Of a DNA stretch of 64,000 nt, positions 56,297 to 64,000 are shown piece after piece. The notes beneath the pieces were generated by a model, which worked only from the letters and a program-made list of their open reading frames with translations, was not told the origin of the DNA and did not search any database. How positions within the stretch are numbered: the stretch's first letter is position 1; each line of letters starts with the position of its first letter. The DNA is from Candidatus Pacearchaeota archaeon (GTDB taxonomy: Archaea; Nanobdellota; Nanobdellia; Pacearchaeales; GW2011-AR1). The DNA lies in NCBI GenBank assembly GCA_040879765.1, contig JBBDJQ010000001.1, positions 204,263-268,262 on the forward strand. Reading direction: 5' to 3'. The position numbers and the translations under genes are program-made.

Positions 56297-56962
56297 ATGA
56301 AAAAGAAAAAGAAAAGCGATTCCACTTCATCTCATACGCTTCGCCATGGAACGACTGGAATGACTAGGATTCTTGCAGTTGGAGATTTGCATGGAGACCG
56401 AAGACTAATAGATGGGCTGGCAAAAAAAGCCAAAGATGAAAATGTTGACTTGGTAATTTTAGCTGGCGATTTGACTTTTGCTGAAACTTCAACAGAAAAT
56501 ATAGTTGGACCTTTTCTCAAGGCAGGAAAAGAAGTTTTGATAATTCCTGGAAACCATGAATCGCCTGCAACCACAGAATTTTTGTCAAAGAAATATTTAG
56601 ACACGACACATCTTCATGGAAATCATTTTATTAAAGGTAATCTTGGAATTTTTGGAGCTGGTGGAGCAGATATAGGGGTTTATCAGATTGATGATTCTGA
56701 AATTCTTAAACTGTTGGGAAAAAGCCACGACAAGGTTAAATCTCTTGATAAAAAATTAATGGTGACCCACATACATCCTGCAGGAACAAATTCGGAATTT
56801 TCTGGTTTTAAGGGCTCCAAGGCTGTGAGAAAAGCGATAGATAAATTTCAGCCAGATGTTGCAGTTTTTGCACACATTCATGAGGCTGCTGGAACTGAGG
56901 ACAAAATAGGAAAGACAAGGGCAATAAATGTCAGCAGGAAGGGGAAGGTTTTTGAGGTTTGA
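56297..56962 (+). CDS. Calcineurin-like metallophosphoesterase with repeat-encoded N-terminal extension
   Basis: GDLHG, AGD, GNHE, TH, HIHE. TTCTTAAG 21 nt before ATG 56297; alternative ATG at 56360. Confidence 0.9.
   Translation: MKKKKKSDSTSSHTLRHGTTGMTRILAVGDLHGDRRLIDGLAKKAKDENVDLVILAGDLTFAETSTENIVGPFLKAGKEVLIIPGNHESPATTEFLSKKYLDTTHLHGNHFIKGNLGIFGAGGADIGVYQIDDSEILKLLGKSHDKVKSLDKKLMVTHIHPAGTNSEFSGFKGSKAVRKAIDKFQPDVAVFAHIHEAAGTEDKIGKTRAINVSRKGKVFEV
56316..56345. repeat. Modular repeat family (locus 6, in-frame within CDS)
   Basis: GCGATTCCACTTCATCTCATACGCTTCGCC; translated as SDSTSSHTLRH. Confidence 0.8.
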
Positions 56963-56999
56963 ATCATAAGATTTTTAAATCAATAGTTTATTTATTTTT

Positions 57000-57359
57000 A
57001 TGGTGGATTCAGTAGTTCCGATTGAAAAAATATTTAAGGACCCTGGTTTGATTAATGCAACCCGGGAACTAACCAGATCATCTATGTTGGACAATGTTAG
57101 AGAAGGGGTCATCTATGTTCTCTGGAAGGGGCTTGTAAATCAACCTTTTAATCTTGTTGGAGGATTTGCCGAAGGAAACAGAATGTATCTGCGTCTAAGA
57201 TCTGAAAATGCTGAGGGAATCATGGATGTTTGTGAATTACCTGAAGTATATAACAAAAGATTTATTGATAAAGTGCACCCTTTTGATGAGGGAGATATAA
57301 AGAAGATTCTTCTTAAAAGTGGAATCTATCCTCCTTACGATAAATTTTACTTGCGATGA
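57000..57359 (+). CDS. Hypothetical protein
   Basis: TTTTTAAA 20 nt upstream. Confidence 0.65.
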   Translation: MVDSVVPIEKIFKDPGLINATRELTRSSMLDNVREGVIYVLWKGLVNQPFNLVGGFAEGNRMYLRLRSENAEGIMDVCELPEVYNKRFIDKVHPFDEGDIKKILLKSGIYPPYDKFYLR

Positions 57360-57370
57360 CTTTAATTTAG

Positions 57371-57880
57371 TCAAACCTCATACAAATAAACTCCCTTTTC
57401 TTTCTTCTTGGGTTTCATATCTTTAAATTTCCAAGTATTTGAAATAATTTTTGAACCTTTCTTTAATTCTATTTTCAATTTTGACTCAATATTTTTCATA
57501 ACATATGAAATTTGAAATATGCAAACAATGTTGAATTTAGATAAATTAACTTTCCTATAATCTCCTTGGTGGATTTTTGCAAGTTTTTCCAAGCCTAATT
57601 TTTTTATTTTTCTCCTTGAGATGAAAACTAATAATGGATTTATTTCGTATCCTTCAGCCCTGAATCCGTGATTAGCAAATTCCATTACTATTGTTCCCGA
57701 GCCTGAGCCGAGGTCGACAACTTTTTTTGATTTATTTTTTCCAGCAAATTTCACCATTCTTTCTAATGTTTTTCTATCTGTGGGTTCGAAGGGTGCTCCA
57801 AAGATAAAACCAGAGAGCCAAAATAGGGAAAGGAAAATAATTATAAGAATTATTGCCACCAATACTCCTGGAATAAACAT
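57371..57880 (-). CDS. Membrane-anchored SAM-dependent methyltransferase
   Basis: N-terminal TM, GAPFEPT, VVDLGSGSG, GYEINP, GSKIISNTW. Confidence 0.88.
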   Translation of the reverse strand: MFIPGVLVAIILIIIFLSLFWLSGFIFGAPFEPTDRKTLERMVKFAGKNKSKKVVDLGSGSGTIVMEFANHGFRAEGYEINPLLVFISRRKIKKLGLEKLAKIHQGDYRKVNLSKFNIVCIFQISYVMKNIESKLKIELKKGSKIISNTWKFKDMKPKKKEKGVYLYEV

Positions 57881-57961
57881 TTTATTTTAAATGAAAATGG
57901 TTTTATAGAGTTTTTCAAAAAGAAAAACTTAAAATCTCTGGTATGACTTGTATATTGTAAG

Positions 57962-60295
57962 ATGCCTAGAAAAGCCCCGCAGAAAAGCAAAGAAGAAAAA
58001 TTAGCAGAAGGTTTTTTTCCCGTTGATGCTGATGATTTAAAGAGAGCTATAGAAAAACCGACAAAGGTGACAGTTCAAAGGGAAGAATTTTCTGATGAAC
58101 CCAAAAAACCTAGGGAAACTAGGGAAACTTCCAAGAAAACCACGAGAACTAAGAAATCTAAAACAACAAAAACTCCCAAGGTTAAGGAATTCAAAACCCC
58201 CGAAATTTCTTTAAAGAAAAATGGTTATGAATTGATTATAACTGAAAAACCTCAGGCAGCCTCCAAAATTTCTGATGCATTGTCTAATGGAAAAGCAAGA
58301 CGTAATAGTGTTGGAAATGTTTCCTATTATGAATTTGAGAATCCTATAGAAAAAGGAAAGGAGGTTGTGGTTGCTTGCACGGTTGGGCATTTGCTAACTT
58401 TAAAACAAGATCATAATGTAAAAGTGGGAGAACCTGTTTTTGATATTTCTTGGATTCCAAATTACATGGCGAGGAAAGGAGATTTTACTAAAAGATATTA
58501 TGAAGTTTTATCTAGGCTTGCAAAAGGCGCTGGAAGTATTACTGTGGCGACAGACTATGACATAGAAGGAGAAGTCATAGGTTTTAACGCTGTTAGATTT
58601 ATTTGCGGACAAAAAGATGCAAGCAGAATGAAGTTTTCCACTTTAACAGAAAAAGAGCTTAATGAAAGTTATAACAACAAAAGTTCTTCATTGGATTGGG
58701 GGCAAGCGATTGCAGGAGAGACAAGACATTATTTAGATTGGATTTATGGGATAAATCTTTCGAGAGCTTTGATGAATTCTTTGAAGTCTATTGGAAGATT
58801 TAGGATAATGTCTATTGGAAGAGTTCAAGGTCCAACTTTGAAGCTCCTGGTTGAAAAAGAAAAATCAATTAAGGATTTTAAATCCGAAACCTATTGGCAA
58901 GTTTTTCTGAAATTGAAAGATTCTGAATTAGAGTTGAAACACAATAGAGATTTATCAAGGAAATCTGATCTGAAGAAATTTGAATATCTCAAAGGCAAAG
59001 ATATCGAAGTTAGAACAGAAAAAAGAGAACAGTTGCTCCAACCAAATCCCCCCTTTAATCTTACAACTTTGCAAACTGAGGCTTACAATCTTTATGGGAT
59101 ATCTCCAAATAGGACTTTGCAAATTGCACAATCACTTTATTTGAATGGTTTGATTTCTTATCCTAGAACTTCAAGTCAAAAACTTCCAGCTTCAATAAAT
59201 TATAGAGAAATTTTGAACAAGGTTTCTGAAAAATACAATGTTGAGGATTTGATCAAAAGAAAAAACCCAATTGAAGGTAAAAAATCTGACCCCGCTCATC
59301 CCTCTATTTATCCAACTGGAAATTCTCCAAGTTCTGGTTTTCCTGATGATGAAGCCAAAGTTTTCAGCCTCATAGAAAAAAGATTTTTGGCTCTTTTTTG
59401 TGAAGATGCTATTATAGATAATAAAAAAATAATTGCTGAAAAAGATAAACTGATTTTTTCTACTTCGGGGCTTGTAATTAGAGAAAAAAATTGGATGAAA
59501 TTATATCCTGTAAAGATGAATGAAAAGGAAATTCCTGATATTGATGGTTCTTGCGAAGTTGAAAATGTAAGAACTGAAGAAAAACAAACTCAACCTCCAA
59601 GACGTTATTCTCCCGCCTCGATTATTTCAATACTTGAAAAAAGGAATCTTGGAACCAAGGCAACTAGGACAGGAATTTTGGAAACCCTTTATACAAGGAA
59701 TTATATAAAAGAAAAAAGCATTGAGGCGACTTCGTTGGGAATTTCTTTGATTGATACACTTGAAAAATATTCTCCAATTATTGTTGATGAAAAGCTTACA
59801 AGAGATTTTGAAAAAGAAATGGAAGGAATCCAAAATGCACAGAGTGGTTTTGAAGAAAAAAAGAAGAAGATTCTTGAAAAGGCTAAACAAACCTTAATAA
59901 AAATTTTAGAAAATTTTTCCAAACATGAGCAAGATATTGGAAAAGAATTGTTTGATGCAAATGTTGCTTTGACTGAAAAATTGAAGGAAGAAAATAAATT
60001 GGTTCAATGTCCTGTTTGTAAGAAAGGAGATTTGGCAATAACATACTCTAAAAAAACTCAAAGATATTTTGTGGCCTGCAATGCTTATCCAAATTGTAAA
60101 ACTACTTTTTCTCTTCCTCCAAATGGATTGATAAAAAAATCTGGAAAAATTTGTGAAGGATGTGGTTATCTAAAATTGATTAGATTGTCTAAAGGAAGGA
60201 GGCCTTGGGAATTTTGTTTTAATCCTGAATGTGAAGATAATAAAAAAAGATTAGAAGAATATAGGAAAAAACAATTAGGGAAAGAAGGACAATAA
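57962..60295 (+). CDS. topA: DNA topoisomerase I (type IA)
   Basis: ITEKP, ATDYDIEGE, SIGRVQGPTL, catalytic ISYPRT, LGTKATR, C-terminal zinc ribbons. Confidence 0.96.
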   Translation: MPRKAPQKSKEEKLAEGFFPVDADDLKRAIEKPTKVTVQREEFSDEPKKPRETRETSKKTTRTKKSKTTKTPKVKEFKTPEISLKKNGYELIITEKPQAASKISDALSNGKARRNSVGNVSYYEFENPIEKGKEVVVACTVGHLLTLKQDHNVKVGEPVFDISWIPNYMARKGDFTKRYYEVLSRLAKGAGSITVATDYDIEGEVIGFNAVRFICGQKDASRMKFSTLTEKELNESYNNKSSSLDWGQAIAGETRHYLDWIYGINLSRALMNSLKSIGRFRIMSIGRVQGPTLKLLVEKEKSIKDFKSETYWQVFLKLKDSELELKHNRDLSRKSDLKKFEYLKGKDIEVRTEKREQLLQPNPPFNLTTLQTEAYNLYGISPNRTLQIAQSLYLNGLISYPRTSSQKLPASINYREILNKVSEKYNVEDLIKRKNPIEGKKSDPAHPSIYPTGNSPSSGFPDDEAKVFSLIEKRFLALFCEDAIIDNKKIIAEKDKLIFSTSGLVIREKNWMKLYPVKMNEKEIPDIDGSCEVENVRTEEKQTQPPRRYSPASIISILEKRNLGTKATRTGILETLYTRNYIKEKSIEATSLGISLIDTLEKYSPIIVDEKLTRDFEKEMEGIQNAQSGFEEKKKKILEKAKQTLIKILENFSKHEQDIGKELFDANVALTEKLKEENKLVQCPVCKKGDLAITYSKKTQRYFVACNAYPNCKTTFSLPPNGLIKKSGKICEGCGYLKLIRLSKGRRPWEFCFNPECEDNKKRLEEYRKKQLGKEGQ

Positions 60296-60326
60296 TTCTT
60301 ATAAAGATTAATCTGCTGTTTTTGTT

Positions 60327-60917
60327 ATGACTGGAGATGGTTCGAGGGGAGAATTCAAATTTCTCAATGATGAAGAAGGCTTAGAGCTTCCAGAGTTTGT
60401 TGGGGCTCCCGGATATGAAGAAAGGATGAAAGAGGCTCATGAGAGAAATGAGTCTATAATTGCTAAATCCCAATCTTATGAGAGCATGGTTATTCCTTTT
60501 TCTGGAAAAGTTAAGATGATTGAAGGGCATAATATCCCTTACTCTGATGGAAGAAGTTTTCAAATTCCGGGAAATAGTGGGGCTAGAGGGTGGACCCATC
60601 AATGTAGAGAATTGGTTATTTTGTTAGACGAAGAAAAACCTCTTCTGATTTTTTCTGGAAATGCTAATGTTAGAGTAGGAGATGAGATTAAAGCATATGT
60701 TTTTTGTGGCAGACAGGAATTTTTAGAATCGGAAGGGCTTTCTCGTTTAGGTTTGGATTCTGGGAGATTGCCAAGTGTTTTTATTCCTAGAGAATTTGGA
60801 GAAGTAGAAAGGATTCTTTATTTGGAAACTTTTGGTGGAAATAAAATGGTTTCTAGAGATTTCTCAAATGATTGCCCCAGAAATATTGTTGATTCTATAA
60901 GAGAAATCAAATATTAA
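60327..60917 (+). CDS. Hypothetical protein
   Basis: 196 aa; CTTATAAA 21 nt upstream. Confidence 0.65.
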   Translation: MTGDGSRGEFKFLNDEEGLELPEFVGAPGYEERMKEAHERNESIIAKSQSYESMVIPFSGKVKMIEGHNIPYSDGRSFQIPGNSGARGWTHQCRELVILLDEEKPLLIFSGNANVRVGDEIKAYVFCGRQEFLESEGLSRLGLDSGRLPSVFIPREFGEVERILYLETFGGNKMVSRDFSNDCPRNIVDSIREIKY

Positions 60918-60956
60918 AAATAAATAAAAGAAGAGACTGAAAATAAAAACAATTAA

Positions 60957-61163
60957 TTATCTTCTTTTTTTGCTTTTACTTGTTGAAGATTTCATACCAC
61001 CAAAACATTTTTTACATGCTAGTGAATGAATCAATAGCAAAGCAGCAGCGATTACAACAAGCCACTCTGAAACTTGTGTAGATAGAATCTGTCCTGACCA
61101 AATTGTGAAAATTAAAACCACTAAAGCCAATACAACTTCAACCCACTTACAATCGCAATTCAT
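60957..61163 (-). CDS. Small two-TM membrane protein
   Basis: SD GGAGGTG before ATG 61163; two hydrophobic helices and a basic tail. Confidence 0.7.
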   Translation of the reverse strand: MNCDCKWVEVVLALVVLIFTIWSGQILSTQVSEWLVVIAAALLLIHSLACKKCFGGMKSSTSKSKKRR

Positions 61164-61228
61164 TAACACCTCCTTGACTATTTTACTTGAAGAGATATAT
61201 TGAATGAGATTAATAAATGTTTTTGTGA

Positions 61229-62431
61229 TTAGAACCAGTTTGAAATCTTTTTTTGGGTCAAAATTTCTGTCATTATTTTACTTTGTTTTAAAATAAATTC
61301 TGGATTAAAATTGAATTTTATTTTTGAAATCTCTTTTGCAGCATTTAACAAATCTTTTTTTGAATCGAATGACATTTTTCTTCCTAATGCTTTTTTTACA
61401 CTTTCTCTTACAACCCAAACTCCTAAAGATGCCCAGTAACCAGGAGTTTCTAATCTTATTACTAAAACACTGGCTTGACGTCTTATTGAATCTAGATATT
61501 TTGCTATTGGAAGTCTTGTAGCATAATATCCTCCTGCAGTATTGGAGGCATAATTTTTTCTCCCAAAGAAATTTTCGAAATCTGTGGAAGCTTTTATTTT
61601 GGTCGTTGGATTCCAAGAAGAATTTGGATAATATAATTCAAATAGTTCGAAATTGAAAACGTCTGGAAAAAGCAGGATTAAATATTGATTTCCCATAAAT
61701 TCCCCAAAGAAGAGTTCGTAATTTTCAATCCATTTGTAGTCTCTTATTTTTTGAAGTAATTGTTTTGTGATTATGTCATCCGTTGCTGTTATTGCCCATC
61801 TTGTTGGAACAAGCTTTTTATCTCTCTTTAAACCCAAAACCCCAACGCTTAAAATTTTACTTAATGAGTATTCATCAAACTTTCCTTTGTATAAATATTT
61901 AATTCCCTCTACCGCTTTTATATCATCATTTATTATCCTATCAACTTTTCTGTGAACCTTTACATTGGAAGTTATTTTTGCCTGTTTCAAACTGGCACGA
62001 ATTCCATGAGGGGTAACTACTTTATCTTTTTGTCTTTCAAAATTTAAACCCCTCTTTAATTCTAATTCTATATCTACAGGTCTTGAGGCAACAGCAATTT
62101 CCTGGGCAATTTCAACAAACTTTTTTTTCAATCTAGAATCTGTGACCTGGGTTTGAAATCTTGAATTCAAAAGGCTTTCACGAATTTTCATAACGTCCTG
62201 GATTTGGAAATTATTATTTGCCCAATATTTTGAGTCATCATAAATCCAAGCATTATCGTTTCTTTCTAATGGACTTAGAATTCCCACATTTACTAATGGA
62301 TATTGTGATTTTGAACCGATGAAAACACTAGGGGGAGAATTGCTGTCTAATTTTGATATGTTTGATAAATCTTTAACTTTGAATTTAGTATCAGTAATTT
62401 TCTTTATAACCTCAAATTTTATGTCCTCCAT
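61229..62431 (-). CDS. nreA: Nre-family DNA repair protein (NreA)
   Basis: SPPSVFIG, LVPTRWAITATD, GGYYATRL, SLGVWVVRE, C-terminal PIP-like QKKISNWF. Confidence 0.92.
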   Translation of the reverse strand: MEDIKFEVIKKITDTKFKVKDLSNISKLDSNSPPSVFIGSKSQYPLVNVGILSPLERNDNAWIYDDSKYWANNNFQIQDVMKIRESLLNSRFQTQVTDSRLKKKFVEIAQEIAVASRPVDIELELKRGLNFERQKDKVVTPHGIRASLKQAKITSNVKVHRKVDRIINDDIKAVEGIKYLYKGKFDEYSLSKILSVGVLGLKRDKKLVPTRWAITATDDIITKQLLQKIRDYKWIENYELFFGEFMGNQYLILLFPDVFNFELFELYYPNSSWNPTTKIKASTDFENFFGRKNYASNTAGGYYATRLPIAKYLDSIRRQASVLVIRLETPGYWASLGVWVVRESVKKALGRKMSFDSKKDLLNAAKEISKIKFNFNPEFILKQSKIMTEILTQKKISNWF

Positions 62432-62466
62432 TTTTTCTTAGACTCTAAAAACTATTTATATCTATC

Positions 62467-63207
62467 TTAAATCCAACCTTTCTTGAAAATCCCTTCGTTT
62501 CTTATTTCAAAAATTAGTTCTTTTTGTGGTAAACTTCTATGCTTTAGAAGAATGGCTTTTTTTCTTTTGTACTCATTACGTAATTCAATTATGCATTTAC
62601 TCCAATATTTTAGTAAATCTCCCCCGACAAAGTTGACTTCTTTTATAATCCCTTTTTTTATTTCTTCTTCAGAAAGAAAGCTTGAATAAACTTGATTGGT
62701 TATCATAATTGGGATTTTTTTCTTTCTTGAAATTTCAGAAAGAATTCTCATTTGTTGTGCAACTCCAGAATTTAGAGATCTTACTCTTTCTTCGGAACCT
62801 TGTCCTGATTTTGAAGCTTCTCCTAATTCTAAACGATAAAGGGTTGCCATGCCATCTATTACAATTAAACCAACTTGCTCTTTTCTTAACTCATCTAAAA
62901 GAATTGAGAAACTTTTATTTTGCTCCTCAAGGTTTGTAGGTTCTAAGAGGAAGATATTTTTTAGAATTTCTTCATACCCTTCGGGGATTATTTGTTTTAC
63001 TCTTTCTATAGAAAATCCTCCTTCCGTATCTATGAAAATTACTTTTTTTCCTTTTTTTGCTTGGCTACAGGCAGCAAGAATGGACATATTTGTTTTTCCA
63101 GAGCCCGGGGGTCCAGCAATCATGGTGATGACATCTTTTTCATAACCTCCATGCAACCAATGATTCAAATCGTAGCTTCCTGTAGAAATTTTAGAAACAT
63201 TTTCCAT
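62467..63207 (-). CDS. radB: DNA repair/recombination protein RadB
   Basis: GPPGSGKT, IDTEGGFS.ER, ITNQV, LLKHRSLP. Confidence 0.93.
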   Translation of the reverse strand: MENVSKISTGSYDLNHWLHGGYEKDVITMIAGPPGSGKTNMSILAACSQAKKGKKVIFIDTEGGFSIERVKQIIPEGYEEILKNIFLLEPTNLEEQNKSFSILLDELRKEQVGLIVIDGMATLYRLELGEASKSGQGSEERVRSLNSGVAQQMRILSEISRKKKIPIMITNQVYSSFLSEEEIKKGIIKEVNFVGGDLLKYWSKCIIELRNEYKRKKAILLKHRSLPQKELIFEIRNEGIFKKGWI

Positions 63208-63249
63208 ATTAATTATGATTTATAATGATTAATAAGAATTATTGTATTA

Positions 63250-63606
63250 TTACTTTATACTTCTTTCATGATATCTTGAACCTGGAGCATAGATTGTTAT
63301 GTCTCCTTGACAAGTTCTATGATTCACTGAATAACCACTTTTTTTCATTTCAAGTTTTTGTATTCCTGCTGCGCTTAAACTGAGGGTTAGTCTACTCATG
63401 TCTGCTAATGGAGTGTTTGGAGGGAATAGTCCAATAAATTTTCCATTTATCTTTTCATTTTTTTGGAGTTCAATATTAAGCTCTTTTTCAAGATTTCCAA
63501 GACTCAATCTTACAGAACCCCTGAGAGTTTGATTTTCTATTAATTCTGGAACTTCTCCTTTCTGCAAATGGACATAAGCATCCCTTCCATCTAAAATAAT
63601 TTTCAT
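63250..63606 (-). CDS. Hypothetical protein
   Basis: 118 aa ORF with a TATA-like element upstream. Confidence 0.6.
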   Translation of the reverse strand: MKIILDGRDAYVHLQKGEVPELIENQTLRGSVRLSLGNLEKELNIELQKNEKINGKFIGLFPPNTPLADMSRLTLSLSAAGIQKLEMKKSGYSVNHRTCQGDITIYAPGSRYHERSIK

Positions 63607-63657
63607 AGATTTTTCTTAATGTTTTAGGTTTAAAAGGATTTCCATACAATCGAAGGA

Positions 63658-63921
63658 TTATTTTAACTTTGAAAATTCTGATTCAATTCTTTCAAGCTCT
63701 TTTGTTGCAGCAGTAACTGCGTCATTAACTGCCTTTTTTGGAGATTTACCTTTTGTTTTTATGGCTAGGATTGGATTTTTAGTTGGGTGTTCCCTTCGCC
63801 AAGCAGCAAAGGTTACGGAATCATCTTTATTCAAGAATGTTCTTACTAATTCGGTAATTGTAAGGTTATCGAATTCAATTTCCATTTCATCCTTTGAATC
63901 TTTTATAACTTTTAGTTCCAT
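63658..63921 (-). CDS. rpoL: RNA polymerase subunit L (Rpo11)
   Basis: MELKVIKDSKDEMEIE, FAAWRREHP, I.TKG.SPKKA. Confidence 0.9.
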   Translation of the reverse strand: MELKVIKDSKDEMEIEFDNLTITELVRTFLNKDDSVTFAAWRREHPTKNPILAIKTKGKSPKKAVNDAVTAATKELERIESEFSKLK

Positions 63922-63943
63922 TAGAAGAAAATTGAAATTTGAT

Positions 63944-64000
63944 TTATAAAACTTTCTTAAACTTGGCTATGAAGAAACCTTCTGTATTATTGTCTTGAGG
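63944..64000 (-). CDS. C-terminal fragment, probably RsmB/NOP2-type RNA m5C methyltransferase
   Basis: PQDNNTEGFFIAKFKKVL* resembles the family's P...EGFFIA ending; only 18 aa visible. Confidence 0.5.
   Translation of the reverse strand, partial: PQDNNTEGFFIAKFKKVL

Noticed and set aside
429-63949. Numerous short antisense or alternate-frame ORFs in the track (e.g. 5977-6252, 19890-20204, 27114-27464, 37545-38060, 55480-55764)
   Set aside because: They are shadows of well-supported genes or tRNAs and carry no recognisable motifs.
1-64000. Stop-codon reassignment or selenocysteine/pyrrolysine use
   Set aside because: Conserved genes end normally at TAA, TAG and TGA. In-frame stops occur only in apparent remnants and are of mixed type.

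Overview
Low-GC archaeal chromosome segment. It carries archaeal informational genes (aIF-1A, aIF-2beta, TBP, TFS, RpoL, MCM, RadB, NreA, L15e, NAC, Sec61beta, aRF1, GatDE) and essentially no central metabolism, so I infer a DPANN archaeon, most likely Pacearchaeota/Woesearchaeota. The window opens inside a giant (>=2229 aa) membrane-anchored surface protein followed by a MinD-like ATPase. Next is a tRNA-dependent amidation cluster (gatB, gatD, gatE, ND-type aspS, gatC, gatA) interrupted by accessory genes including a Fic enzyme. The rest holds ftsZ, bacterial-type mnmA and metG, replication genes (RPA-like, MCM, ligase, topA), cdc48 and four tRNAs (Asn-GTT, Ile-GAT, Gly-CCC, intron-containing Lys-TTT). 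Many solitary ORFans have their own TATA box 20-23 nt before the ATG. The most unexplained structure is a family of short GC-rich modular repeats (GCGATT...CATA[C/T]GCTT[C/A]G[C/G]C) at six loci, all in the same orientation. They occur as a tandem cluster, directly against three start codons, between divergent promoters, and in-frame inside a protein N-terminus. No transposase, cas gene or rRNA gene was recognised. All family assignments come from motif recognition, not database searches.
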